A DNA stretch of 64,000 bases from Squalus acanthias. Taxonomy: Eukaryota. Each line of letters opens with the position of its first letter. Position 1 is the first letter of the stretch. The stretch covers positions 62,001 to 126,000 of the forward strand of contig JASTWF010000180.1 in the NCBI GenBank assembly GCA_030390025.1, written 5' to 3'. The notes beneath the pieces are model-generated. The model was not told the origin of the DNA and did no database searches. It saw only the letters and a list, made by a program, of their open reading frames with translations. Shown here piece after piece: positions 50,939 to 64,000 of this stretch. Made by a program: the position numbers and the translations under genes.

Positions 50939-52049
50939 AACAGCTGCACAGCTCTATGCCCGTCCTTTACAAAAACTGCAGCACCCCGCGTGTAAATAAA
51001 CATGTGTGGCCGGAATAGCCGCCGGGTCTTATTAGGATATTTACTGTCTGAACAGAATATTCCCACTGGGCAACTCCCGCCAGCTCTGAATAGAGGAGTA
51101 TGGATTTAAATTTCACTCACTCTATAATGAGGGATGAACAGGAGGAAACGCGCGCACGTTTAATAGGCCAATGTACCGTGTAATATCTGTTCAATGTCAA
51201 GTTACCCTCTTCACTGCCGCTATGTTTTTTTCATTTTCACACTCCTTAAACCAGCACAGAAGTGTGTAGCTTTGCTTAGGTTTATGATTATATTCAAAGG
51301 GCTCTAAACCTTCCCTTTTCATGTGTTGGTTTAATTTCTTTCGGTCTGTGACAGCTCACCGAGAACAATAATTTCATTCTCCTGTAACATCCGTGTTTAC
51401 ACCGAGGTGTCTGCTCTGTGCGGTAGAATTCCTCTGGCCGCTTCTAGTGAACGCGTTCTAAAAGAATGAATGACGATTTTACAAAACTGGCGATCAGACG
51501 AGATTTAATGCTGTGTTTGGCTGTCTCTCAGGTCAATTAGAGATCAAGCTTTCTCTAGAGTCAATTAGAGATCAAGCTGTCTCTCAGGTCAATTAGAGAT
51601 CAAGCTCTCTCTGAGGTAACTTTGAGATCAAGGTGTCTCTCGGGTCAATTAGAGATCAAGCTCTCTCTCGGGTCAATTAGAGATCAAGCTGTCTCTCAGG
51701 TTAATTAGAGATCAGCTGTCTCTGAGATAAATTTGAGATCAAGCTGTCTCTCGGGTCAATTAGAGATCAAGCTGTGTCTCAGGTCAATTAGAGATCAATC
51801 TGTATATTTTCTGAGTCTTTCTTGCTCTGATCAGCGGAATGAAACGTTAATGTCTCATTTCTCTGAAACAAACTAGTGGTTAAAGACGAGACATCAGACC
51901 AGACCCAACCGGTGCACTCAGCTCTTTCTGATCGATGTTCTGCAGGAAATGACGGCGGTCCAGTCCGAGGCGACGCGCCCAGCTCTTTCTATTTGATGTT
52001 CTGCAGGTTCCTGAGACCCAAGAAGTCCCTCCAATTCGGAGCAGCAGCA

Positions 52050-53122
52050 ATGCGGCTCCCCATTCTCGCTGTGCTGTGGGTGACATTCCTTCTCGGTAAG
52101 AAGTTTATAACTTTAAAAAGGAGTACATTTCTAGAGGAATACAATTGAAAGGCAGAGCGATTGCAGTAACCTTGTATCGAACCTTGGTTAAACCAGACTT
52201 GGAGAAATGTGCACAGTTCTGGTCTTCATATTACATAAAGGACATGGAGGCTCGAGAGAAAATGCAACAAAAAATCACAAAACGATACCAGAACTGAGCG
52301 ATTATAACTTCAGGAAAGATTCAACCGGCTTGGGCACTTTACTCCAGCTTAGTCGCGACCCTATAGAGGTCTTTAAAATTACGAAGCTGATTGATCGGGT
52401 AGACGTAGAGATTATATTCCACTTGTGGTGGAGTCCAAAACTCGGCGGCAGAATATTAGATAATCACAAAAAAATCAAATAAGAAATTCAGGAGAAAAAT
52501 CAGTACGAAGGTTAGAATTTGAAACTCGCTACCACAAGGTGTCGTGGAGACTAACAGCATAGATGCGTTTTAGCGGAAGTCAGATAAGCGCATGAGGGAG
52601 AAAGCATTAGAAGGATATGCTGATAGGGGGAGATAAAGAAGGTTGGGTGGAAGCTCTTGTGGAGCATAAACACGGCATAGACCAGTTGGGCCGAATGATC
52701 TACTTCTGTTCTGTAAATTCTATTGAATTATATTTTAAAATCACCGCGCATTTTCACCGTTAGTTTGTTCAATTTGAAATTTTAATCGATGATTTCCGCT
52801 TTCTTTAACCGTGTGTTCCAGATCTGAGCGATGGAGATTCTGTCACTCAGCGGGAGCCCTCGCTCACACAGACAGAGGGAGAAGATGCCACATTAACCTG
52901 CACCTATTCCGGCGATGGTTACTTATTCTGGTACCGCCAATACCCAGGCAGACAGCCCGCGTTTGCAGTCCGGAGGTACACGAACGGCCGTTCTGAACAA
53001 AAGGCGGATTTCGCTCAAGGCCGTTTTTCTGATGCAGTCCGGCAGTCAGAGAAGTTGTACCGATTGACCATCAGTGATCTGCGGCTGACTGACACCGCGG
53101 TGTATTACTGTGCACTGAGTCT
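52050..53122 (+). CDS. TCR alpha/delta V family A, apparently functional (exons 52050-52095, 52822-53122)
   Basis: Leader MRLPILAVLWVTFLL; open V exon; RSS CACAGTG-23-ACAATAACT (53123-53161). Confidence 0.95.
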
Positions 53123-53649
53123 CACAGTGATGGGAACCAGCTAAAGCCTCGTACAATAACTGCCGCAGGTTTCTGGGTCACAGCTGCTGTCTGTTGGCTG
53201 TTTATCACAGCGGGTCAGACACTGACTCGTGCATACATTGCTGTGCGCGCAGACCCCGCGCAGAAACCACATAAAAGTCATATAAAACCGTTCACATCGA
53301 ATACTGATTCCGTCTGATTATTGTATTAACTGTGTGAGGTCAGCATTGGCTGCTGTTTATTTGTGTATCTCTGGGAACTCGCCAGTCCCATTGAGAATAA
53401 ACACACCTACGGGTATTGGAAATGGTTATATCGATGCACCAGTGCTTCGTATATAACGCACGGCAAGCCCACATATAATGATTGGTTTAAATTATCAGTC
53501 TACAGTGTAGACAGGGATAGGTCGGATGCGGAATTTCCCAATAATTCTAATTACGATAATAAGCAATTCTCAATATTAAAGACACTTATTAAAGTTAATA
53601 ATCTTCTATATTCGCAGGTTCCAGGAGGTCACATTCAGGACAAAATTAG

Positions 53650-55030
53650 AACGTATGAAATAGGAGCAGGAATAGGTCATTCGGTCCTTCGAACCTGCTC
53701 CGCATTCAACAAGATCATGGCTAATCTTGTACCTGAACTCCATCTTCCCGCACTATCCCCATGTCCCTTAATTCCGTTCCTTCCCCAAAAATGTATCGAC
53801 CTCTGTCTTAAATATACTCATGATGCGGAGATGCCGGCGTTGGACTGTGGTGGACCAAAATGAGAAGTCGCAAAACACCAGGTTATAGTCCAACAGATTT
53901 ATTTAAAATTACAAGCTTTCGGAGCTATCCTGCCCCTTCTTCACTGAGTCACTCAGTGTAACTTTACCTGAAGAAGGGGGAGGATAGCTCCGAAAGCTTG
54001 TAATTTTAAATAAATCTGTTGGACTATAACCTGGTGTTGTGCGACTTCTCATTTTTAAATATACTCAACGACCGAGCATCCACAGCTCTCAGTCCTACAT
54101 GTCCTACCGCTTATTATGTGACTGTGAGCCCGTATTCTCGATTCCCCAGCCAGGGGAAACATGAGCCCCGCATTAACCCTGTCAAGGCCCTTAAGAATTT
54201 TATACGTTTAAATTAGATCACCTCTCATTCTTCTAAACTCGAAGGAATATAGGCCAGTCTACTCAATCTCTCCTCATTGGGCAATCCCCTTATCCCACGC
54301 AACAGTCTAGTGAACCTTCACTGCCGTCCCTCTGAGGCAATTATGTTTTTCCTTATGTAAGGAGACCAAATTTGTACACAGTACTCCAGGTGTGGCCTCA
54401 CCAATTCCCTGTTTAATTGTACCAAGAATTCTTTACACGTATACTCTAATTCCTTTATAACAAAAGCTAACATGCCATTTGCTTTCGTAATTGCTTGCTG
54501 TACCTGAGTGTTAACTTTCTGTGATTCATGTACAAGGACACACAGGTCCCTCTGAGTGCAAACAGTTCCCAGCCTCTAACCATTGAAAAAATATTCTGCT
54601 TTTTAGTTATTCCTACCAAAGTGGTTTACTTCACAATTCCCCACATTGGATTCCATTTGCCATGTTCTTGCCCACTCAGTCAACTGATCTATATCTCGCT
54701 TATTCCTACTCTCTGTTTTCTATCCAATAATCAATCCTCAATTCATGCTAATATATTACCCCAATACCTTGAGTCCTAATTTTGTGTAATAACTTCTTGT
54801 GTGGCACCTTATTGAATGCTTTTTGAAAATCCAAATACACTACATCTACTGGTTCCCCCTTATCCATTCTACTAGTTAAATCTTCAAAAAACAGATTTGT
54901 CAAACACGACATCCCCTATTATATTATGATTTTCCAAGTGCCCTAATAATAGATTCTAGTATTTTGGCCACTACTGATGTCAGGCTAACTGGCCAACAGT
55001 TCACCATTTTTCTCTTTCTCCTTTCTTAAA
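53650..55030 (-). mobile_element. CR1/HER1-type LINE fragment with Penelope-like palindrome (53821-54054)
   Basis: Paralog of 13920-15320. Confidence 0.88.
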
Positions 55031-55049
55031 TAGCCGATGAACAAACATA

Positions 55050-55420
55050 CATCGACTAATAATCTGTAGGACAGATGTGCTGTGTTCTATGTACCAGACC
55101 AGATAATCAGACGAGTCTGACTGTGTCTGGTGACTGTGCCAATAAACATAATGTGCAGCACTGCTTGTTTTCAAGATGTAGGCCAGTGTGACATTATTTC
55201 ATCCTCAACCGTCATTTCCGGATCCGGCTATTCCACTGTGTCTTGGTGGCTCCATTCTGACATAAAATATGAGTAATAGTGATTATCATCACCAACGTCA
55301 CTGTGCTAATAATAACATCTGGGTTGTAGCATTCAGGGGGTGAATTGATTTTTATTGGGAAGGAAATACTTACTGAGAAGTGATATAATGATGAGGAGCG
55401 GTGCGAGACAGTTCCTAATG
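55050..55420 (-). pseudogene. TCR V family D relic
   Basis: Paralog of 15340-15710. Confidence 0.68.
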
Positions 55421-56157
55421 CTGGTCACTGCGCCTGTAACTCTGCAGTCCGGGAAATCCTCTGTCGGAGCAGAAATACAGATCCTGTATCCCAATGCACT
55501 GCTGATCACACCAATGCCATACAGGGAACAGCGGCAACAATCTCTTCAATAACACAGGGCAGGCAAAGTGGGTCAAAGCGAGAGCAGGAAACGGAAGTTG
55601 TGGGCGTGGTTGCAGAAGACTCAAAATTGAGCGAAACCAAGTCTCTGTTTCACGCCAGAAAGTGCCCGGCGCCGCTCAGCTGCACTCGAAGTTGATGGAG
55701 CGGAAAGTGGGATGGTTGTGTCTCGAGAATTCTGCGTTCAAACTGTTCCTTTCCACTGAGCAAGTGAATGGGAATAAATAGAGGTGGAGGGAAATGAAGG
55801 GATTCCATTGCTTCAAAAATAACGACCGGGTTTAATTAGTTCCAATCTAGAATTTTGAGACAAAATATCTGGCACATGTTGTTTTTATATATGATCAATA
55901 AACACTAAATCCCCGCAATGACCTTATTCCAAATCGGATTGAACAAAATGCGCCAGCAGTGGGCGGCAAACACAAGCATGTTAATTAGAATGTCACGTGA
56001 TGCAAACAACAAGATCAATAACGATCGAAGCCTGAGTGAGGTCACAATGGGGCCGCTCCCTGCAGTGTGCGGGTGGAACATTGAGCTGAACAGGCCCCGG
56101 GTTACCGCTCTCCTTCTCAATCTCTGCATTATTCCATTCCAAGAGATTTAATCAGAC

Positions 56158-56670
56158 ATGTTTCTCATAATACTGGCGGCTGTGATGGACAGTAAGTACT
56201 GGATTATATTTGAAAAACACAGGTCAGCAGATTATTGCAAAGTGTTGGTGCAGGGAATCAGAAATATCCATATGATTGACAGTTGGGTGCATGGGCGGTT
56301 ACACACACTCACAGATTGACGCAAATTTAAATCGACCCTGTTTCACCTCCAGGACTTCTGTTCCCCTATCTTCTCAGGCGGACTATGTGCAGATCCAGTA
56401 ACTCAGTCTCCGGTGACAATTGCCGTGTCAGCAGGGTGTTCGGTGCAGTTAGATTGCGAATATACAACCCTGGATATTGACTACATGCAATGGTCCTGAA
56501 AGAACCCGGCACATACGCCAAGCCAGATAATTAGCAAAGTAGCAGCACTGAACGGAGTCGAAATCACCGGACAATATCTGGCGGCTGTTGACAAGTCTAG
56601 AAAGCATGGTTACCTCAATATAAGCGGCCTGAGGGTGGGAGACGGGGCGGTCTATTACTGTGCAGTGAGG
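56158..56670 (+). pseudogene. TCR V family C pseudogene (paralog of 16449-16951)
   Basis: CGA>TGA at 56497-56499; RSS CACCGCG-23-ACAAAAACT. Confidence 0.92.
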
Positions 56671-57399
56671 CACCGCGTCAGATAAAAGGAAAGGCCCCGT
56701 ACAAAAACTGAGCGAGTATTTACAGCTCCATTGGTTCTGGATGGAAACAGTTAACCGGCCTTTGGTGCTCGGCCATCGGGTTAGCGAGGCACCAGTCTCT
56801 GTCTCTTTACCAATAACCCGGTGATGGTCTGTATCTCAAACGGGAATATTGACTCAAATTCAAGCAGAAGCGTGAGGCGTGGTAATCGGGAACACCTTCA
56901 ACCGGCCATTGTTTATAACTATTTTCCAATATTACAAGCGTAACTTTACATCCTCCTTCTTTCTTTCTGTTATTGAATTTCTCCATTTAATTATCTCTCA
57001 TATATATATATATATATGTATAGATATAAATATATATATATATATATATATATCTGTGTGTGTGTGTCTGTGTGATTCAGAGAGATAGAGACAACCACAG
57101 AGAGGCGCGCGCACACACATAACACACTGAGCAATTTCCGAGGACCAAACGGCTGCATTATCTCTCTGGACATGATTGCAAACCTTCTGTATATAACGCA
57201 CGGCAAACGGACAAATAATGATTTGTTTAAAATATCAGTCTACAGTGTAGACAGAGATAGGTGGTGTGCGTAAGTTCCCAATAATTCTAATAACGATAAT
57301 AAGCAATTCTCAATATTAAAGACACTTAACACATATTAACGTTAATGATCTTCTGTATTCGCAGGTTCCAGGAGGTCACATTCAGGACAAAATTAGAAC

Positions 57400-58610
57400 C
57401 TATGAAATAGGAGCAGGAATCTGTCATTTGGCTCTTCGAACTTGCTCCGCCATTCAACAAGATCATGGCTAATCTTCCAGCTCAACTCCATCTTCCCGCG
57501 CTATCCCCATATCCCTTAATTACCTTCGTTCCCAAAAATTTATCGACCACTGTCTTGAATATACTCAACGATCGAGCATCCGCAATTCTCTGGGGTAGAG
57601 AATTCCAAAGATTCACAACCCTTTGAGTTAGAAATTTCTCCTCATCTCAGTCCTAAATGTCCTGAGGTTTATTCTATGACTGTTCTAGATTCCCCAGCGA
57701 GGGGAAACATTTACCCCGCATTAAACCTGTCAAGCCGTTTAAGAATTTTATACTTTTAAATTAGATCACCTCTCACACTTCTAAGGAATATAGGCCAGTC
57801 TACTCAATCCCTCCTCGTAGGGCAATCCCCACATCCCACGAACCAGTCTAGTGAATCTGCGCTGCACTCCCTCTAAGGCAAGTATGTCTTTCCTTAGGTA
57901 AGGAGACCAAAACTGTACACAGGACACCAGATGTGGCCTCACGAATGCCCTGTTTAATTCTCCGAAGACTTCTTTACACTTATACACTAATCTCTTTGTA
58001 ACAAAAGCTAACATACCATTTGCTTTCCTAAATGCTTGCTGTACCTGTGTGTTAACTTTCTGTGATTCATGTACAAGGACACCCAGGTCCCGCTGACTGC
58101 AAACATTTCCCAGCCTCTCAACATTCAAAAAATATTACGCTTTTTTGTTTTACCTACCAAAGTGGATAACTTCACATTCCTCACATTGTATTCCATTTGC
58201 CATGTTCTTGCTCACTCAGTCAACCGGTCTATATCCCGAAAATGACCCTTTTATTCCTACTCTCTGCTATCTGTCCATTAACCAATCCTCCATCAATGCT
58301 AATATATTACCCCCAAGAGGATGAGTACAAATTTTCTGTAATACACTTTTGTTTGGCACCTTATCGAAAGCTTTTTCAAAATCAAAATACACTACATCCA
58401 CTGGTACCCCCTTATCCATCCTGCAAGTTACATCTTCAAAAACTGTGGCAGATTTGTCAAACAAGATTTCCCTTTCATAAAACCACTTATATACCTAATC
58501 ATATTATGATTTTCTAAGTGCCATAATAATAGATTCTAGCATTTTGCCTACTAGTGATGTCAGGCTAACTGGCCTGCAGTTCACCATTTTTTCTCATTCT
58601 TCTCTCTTAA
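57400..58610 (-). mobile_element. CR1/HER1-type LINE fragment
   Basis: Inverted paralog of 45945-47165. Confidence 0.9.
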
Positions 58611-58624
58611 ATAGCTGATGAACA

Positions 58625-59001
58625 CACATTGACCGACTAATAATCTGTAGGACAGATGTGGTGTGTTCTATGCACCAGACCAGATATTCAGAAGACTGTG
58701 ACTGTGACTGCTGACTGTGCCAATACACATAATGTGCAGCACCGCTTGTTGTCAAGATGTAGGTTAGTGTGACATTACTTTCCTCCTCAACCGTCATTTC
58801 CGGACCCGGCTGTTCCACTGTGTCTTGGTGGCTCTATTCTGACATAAAATAATAGCAATAGTGATTATCATCACAATCATCACTGGATCAATAATAAAGT
58901 CTGGGTTGTAGCAGTCAGGGGGAGAATGGATTTTCAGTGGGGAGGAAATAATTACTGAGAAGTGATATAATGATGAGGAGCGGTGCCAGACGGTTCCGCA
59001 T
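58625..59001 (-). pseudogene. TCR V family D relic
   Basis: EQPGPEMTVEEESNVTLT..YVYWH; leader ATG at 59001. Confidence 0.7.
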
Positions 59002-59745
59002 GATGGTCCCTTAGTCTGTAACTCTGCAGTCCGGGGAATCCTCTGTCGGAGCAGAAATACAGATCTCTGCCGCACTGCACTGCTGATCACACCAATGCCA
59101 AACAAGGAACAGCGGCAACAACTCTCCAATAGGACAGTGCAGGCCAGGCGCTTCAGAGCGAGAGCAGGTACCGAGCTGTAGGCGGGGCTGCAGAAGATTC
59201 AAAATTGAGCGAAACCAAGTCTCTGTTTCACGACCGAAAGTGTGTTATGCCGCTCAGCTGCACTCGGAGTTGATGGAGCGGAAAGGGCGGTGGCTGGGTC
59301 TCGAGAATTCTGTGGTCAACCTGCTCCTGTTCACTGAGCAAGTGACTGGGAATAAATAGAGGTGGAGGGAAATGAAGGGATGGCAGCGCTTCAGAAATAA
59401 TGACCGCGTTAAGCCGCTCGAATCTAGAGTTTTGATACACAATATCTGGCACACGTTGTTTTTATATATGATCAATAAACCCAAAATCCCCTCAATAACG
59501 TTATTCTAAATCGGATTGAACAAAATCCGCCAGCAGAGAGCGCCAAACTCAAGCATTGTAATTAGAAAGCCACGTGATGCAAACAGCAAAGCCAATAATG
59601 TTCGAAGCCTGAGTGAGGTCATAATTGGGCCTACCCCCTGCAGTGTGTAGGTGGAACAATGAGCTGAACAGGCCCCGGGTTACCGCTCTCCTTCTCAATC
59701 TCTGCATTATTCCATTCCAAATCACTGTGAGAGATTAAATCAGAC

Positions 59746-60711
59746 ATGTTTTCATAATACTGGCGGCTGTGATGCACAGTAAGTACTGGATTATATTTAA
59801 AAAACACAGGTCAGCAGATTGATGCAAAGAGTTTGTGCAGGGAATCAGAAATATCCATTTGATGGACAGTTTGGAACATTGGCGGTTACACACACTCACA
59901 CAGATAGACGCAAGTTTAAAACGGTACTGTTCAAACTCATGTTCTTCAGGGGCAACACGGTGGCATAGTAGGGGCAACACGGTGGCATAGTGGTTAGCAC
60001 TGGTGCTTCACAGCGCCAGGGACCCGGGTTCGAATCTGACCTCGGGTAACTGTCTGTGTGGAGTTTGCACATTCTCCCCGTGTCTGCGTGGGTTTCCTCC
60101 GGGTGCTCCGGTTTCCTCCCACAGTCCAAAAATGTGCGGGTTAGGTTGATTTGGCTATGATAAATTGACCCTTAGTGTTAGGGGGGGGATTAAATATGTG
60201 GGGTTATGTGGATAGAATAGGATGGGATATGTTAGGGGGAATTAAATACGTGGGGTTACGGGGGTAGGGTGGGATATGTGTACTGTGGGGATTAAAGCTG
60301 GGGACAGGGTACTGGATTTGGATGATCAGCCATGATCGTATTGAATGGTGGAGCAGGCTCGATGGGCCGAATGGCCTACTCCTGCTCCTAGATTCTATGT
60401 TTCTATGTTTCTGTTCCCCTTTCTTATCAGGCCGATTATGTGTAGATCCAGCAACTCAGTTTGCCGTGTCAGCACGGTGTTCGGTGCAGTTAGACTGCTA
60501 ATATACAACCCTGGATATTGACTGCACCCAATGATATCGGCAGAGACCGGCACAGCCTCCAAGCCGGATAATTAGCAGAGTAGCAGCACTGAACGGCGTC
60601 GAAATCTCGCGACAATATCTGGAGGCTGTTGATAAGTCTAGAAAGTATGGTTACCTCAATATAAGCGCCCTGAATGTCGGTTACGGTGCGGTCTAAAACT
60701 GTGCAGAATGA
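59746..60711 (+). pseudogene. TCR V family C pseudogene with SINE in the intron
   Basis: V exon from 60431 with deletion and stops; nonamer ACAAAAACC 60742-60750. Confidence 0.88.
59949..60410 (+). mobile_element. HE1-like SINE with duplicated 5' 22 nt
   Basis: ggggcaacacggtggcatagt x2, A/B boxes, (ctatgttt)n tail. Confidence 0.88.
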
Positions 60712-61704
60712 TAGAGCGTCAGATAAAAACAAAGGCCCCGTACAAAAACCTCAGCGAGTATTTACAGCTCCATTGGGTCTGGATGGTAACATTTAAACGG
60801 CCTTTGGTGAGCTGTCATCGGGGTAGCGAGGCACCAGTCACAGTCTGTTTACCAATAACCTGCTGATGGTCTGTATCTGCAAACGGGAATATTGATTCAA
60901 ATTCAAACAGAAGCGTGAGGCGAGGTTACAGGGAACACCGTCAACCGGCCATTGTTGACAACTATTTTCCAATATTACAAGCGTAACTTTACATCCTCCT
61001 TCTTTCTTTCTGTTATTCATTTTTCCATCTAATTATCTCTCATATCTAGATATATATATATATATATCTGTGTGTGTGTGTGTGATTGAGAGAGATAGCG
61101 ACAACCACACAGAGGTGTGCACACACAGAACGCTCTCAGCAATTTGTGAGGATCAAACTGATGCATTATCTCTCTGTACATGACTGCAAACGTTCTGTAG
61201 GACACAGCCTTCCTGTCTAAACAGGGATTCAATAAAAATAATCGATATTTAGCTAAAAGGAGAAATTTAGAGGGCTATAGGAAAACAGCAGTTATGTGGC
61301 ACAAATCAAAAAGCCGACACTGGCACGATGGGCCGAATGGCCTCATTCTTTGCTGTATGATTTTTGGAATGAGCAGATAAGGCAAGTTAAAGAGACACTA
61401 GGCTGCGACTTTGACCCAGGAGAACAGTCATCGTGTAGTTTCAGGCTCTGACCACTTGGTGGCTCCGTGGAGCGAATTTCTGCAGTCTCTGGTTCGCTAT
61501 TTGCTGTATTAAAATTACAGTTACTCTCCCCGATAAAGCTAAGAGCAGCTCAGTACTGTCTATGCAAAATGCCACTGCTACATGCAATGAACTAAAAAAC
61601 TAAGGAAGGGGGACAATTTCCCTGTTTACTGATTGCAGCAAATGGTAAATCCTTCGACGAAGATGTCCTCTGGTCGCTCTGTCGAAATGAACCTTAAAGA
61701 AATT

Positions 61705-61825
61705 TATTTGATTTCCTGCTGTCTCCAGTTCTGATGAAAGGTCTTCGACCTGAAACGTTAACTCTGTTTCTCTCTCCACGGATGCTGCCGCGCCTGCTCA
61801 GTTTTTCCAGCGTTTTCTGTTGTTA
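61705..61825 (+). mobile_element. short Penelope-like insertion
   Basis: 12-bp TSD cttaaagaaatt; absent from paralogous B promoters. Confidence 0.78.
61727..61763 (+). ncRNA. minimal type I hammerhead ribozyme motif
   Basis: agtt CTGATGA a aggtc ttc gacct GAAA cgtt aact: stem I agtt/aact, stem II aggtc/gacct, palindromic stem III. Confidence 0.75.
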
Positions 61826-62122
61826 CTTAAAGAAATTAAGTTGTTCAATAATATAGAGTGTCTGATTTCCCTAGAACTGCCGATCAGAGGAATATCCATT
61901 GAAACATTTCGGATGTTGCTGCACACACATCAGTGACCACAGCAATTCTCCCCACTCCCTTATGGTGTGAAATTATCACAAACGGATGTGACATGGTTGC
62001 AGAGTTACTTCCCTTTCTAAGCTTACCACAGGGTTAAATAGTTCAGCCTCATCCGGTACTGGTGGCAGTTTTTGCCACAGTAGTGAAGAGCTCGATGCTC
62101 ATATTGTGACCACCGGAGAGCG

Positions 62123-62565
62123 ATGTGTTTCCCTGGTTATTTCAGTGTGGTGTTGGCGCTCTCTCTGCTGTGTAAGTACATGAGGAATCTGATTAAAAAA
62201 ACACCAATAGGTCCGGTTAGAGGGGAGGATATTTGGAAATGTTAAATTTCTCTTCCAGCCAACAGCGTTTGCGGCGAATCCGTGCATCAAGACTATGCGA
62301 CCAGGACTGTGCGGGAAGGATAAACGGTGACGCTGAATTGTAGCTTTACAACAACATATACAAACCCTGGTCTTTTCTGGTACCGGCACATTCCAGGTCG
62401 AGCCCCAGTAAACGTGTTGTTTATCACCAAAAACAACACGTTGCCAGGCGACTTCGCCAAGGACCGTTTCACAGCAGATCTGAGCGCAGAAGAGGGCGCG
62501 GTCCGGCTGACAGTTTCTGGCGAGAAGCTGTTAGACGGCGCCGTGTATTATTGCGCTCTGAGAGC
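62123..62565 (+). pseudogene. TCR V family B pseudogene
   Basis: Only B copy with canonical t|GTAAGT donor (62172), but GAA>TAA at 62321-62323; RSS CACAACT-23-AGAAATACT. Confidence 0.92.
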
Positions 62566-63784
62566 CACAACTGCACAGCTCTGTGCCCGTCCTGTAGAAA
62601 TACTGCAGCACACCGCGTGTAAATAAAACAGTGTGTGGCTGGAATACCCGCCTGTGATGGTCTCATTCGGACAGTTACTGTCAGGACAGAATATTCCCAC
62701 AGGACAACTCCCAACAGCTCTGAAGAGAGGAGTATGATTGTAGATTTCATTCACTCTATAATGAGGGATGAACAGGAGGTAACCCGCGCAGGTTTAATAG
62801 GCCAATGTACCGTGTAATGTGTGTAAATTTCAAGTTTCCCTCTCACTGCCGCTGTGCTTTTATTTCATTTTCACACCCCTTAAACCAGCACAGAAGTGTG
62901 CAGCTTTGCTTCGGTTTGGGATTATATTCAAAGGGCTCTAAACCTTCCCTTTTCTGAGTGTTGGTTTAATTTCTGTCGGTGTGTGACGGCTCACCGAGAA
63001 TAATATTTTCATTCTCCTTTAACATTCGTATTTACACAGAGGTGTCCACTCAGTGGTAGAATTCCTCTGGTCGCTACTTCTAGTAACATAGTGAACGCGT
63101 TCTAAAAGAATGAATGACGATTCTCCTAAACTAGCGATCAGACGAGATTTCCCGCTGTGTTTCGGGTGTCGCTAACGCAGGGAGACCAGATGAAATCATC
63201 CACTTGTTTGTCCCCAGCAGAAGGTAAATCAAACCCGACCTCCTGTCAACCACCTCAGTCTGATTACTGACAGTGAGAGAAACAAACTAAATATTTACAT
63301 CTACATTCAGATAGTTCTTACCACTTTGATGCTCCTTTCCTCTGAGATGAAGCTGTCTCTCAGTTCAATTAGTGATCAAGCTGTTTCTTGTGTCAATTGG
63401 AGAGCAAACAGTCTCGGGTCCGTTAGAGATCAAGATGTCTCCCAGATCAATTATAAATTTAGCTGTCTCTTTTTATTGGTATTTCTCGCTCCGATCAGCA
63501 GAATGTGACGTTCGTAGATGACTCAGTACTCTGCGATAAACACATACTTGTGGTTCAGGGAAATGACGTCTGGCCAGACCGAGCCGGCGCTCTCAGTTTT
63601 TCTGATTGAAGTTGTGCAGGGAGTGACGTCAGACCAACCCCATCCCGTGCTCTCAGTTTTTCTGATGGATGTTCTGCAGGAAATGAGGTCAGACCAGCCC
63701 CAGCCGGCGCTCTCGGCTTTATCTGTTTGACGTTCTGCAGATTTCTGCTGCACAAAACCTCCCTCGAATTACGGAGTAGCAGCC

Positions 63785-63830
63785 ATGCAGCTCTCCTTTC
63801 TCGCTGTGGTCTGGCTGACATTGATTTTCG
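63785..63830 (+). pseudogene. family A leader exon with mutated donor; V exon beyond window
   Basis: MQLSFLAVVWLTLIF then GAAAG instead of GTAAG; CRE repeats at about 63560-63740. Confidence 0.8.
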
Positions 63831-64000
63831 GAAAGAAGTTTATAACTTCTAAAAGGGTTTTATTTCTCCAAGACTACAGTTGAAAACCAGAGAAGTTGTG
63901 TTCGCCTTTGGTGAGACAATACTTGTACCGTGATCTTATCTGGTCTCCATGTTATAAAAAATATATAGCGGCACTGGCGAATGTTGAACAAAATTACACG

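Noticed and set aside
1-64000. D, J or TCR constant segments
   Set aside because: No FGxG segment behind a 12-RSS and no doubly RSS-flanked D seen by eye; a formal RSS scan could still find degenerate ones

Overview
Eukaryotic DNA from a cartilaginous fish (shark; HE1-type SINEs, CR1/HER1-type LINEs), covering part of the V region of the T-cell receptor alpha/delta locus. I count about 25 V genes or V relics, most with a phase-1 leader exon, an intron, a V exon ending in YYC and a 3' RSS with a 23-bp spacer. Most belong to four families, labelled here A (GDSVTQREPSL), B (ESVHQDFSTR), C (DPVTQSPVTI) and D (truncated, opposite strand). They repeat as a D-C-B-A module inside a roughly 40-kb higher-order duplication. 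Only three family-A genes (12.3k, 37-38k, 52k) look fully intact; a few others are open with a defective leader or RSS, and the rest are pseudogenes. No D, J or TCR constant exons were seen. Main observations: (1) a ~25-kb inversion (22.1-47.3 kb) bounded by two inverted MITE copies with swapped target-site duplications; (2) two copies of an IgM CH2-like exon relic inside the TCR V array; (3) an intronless leader-V gene, and a neighbouring V with an in-frame intronic ATG; (4) a V whose 23-RSS is shortened to an 11-bp spacer and whose two frameshifts compensate; (5) minimal hammerhead ribozymes in Penelope-like insertions. I found no wholly new biological system. Coordinates were counted by hand; repeat boundaries are approximate and family names from memory need database confirmation.
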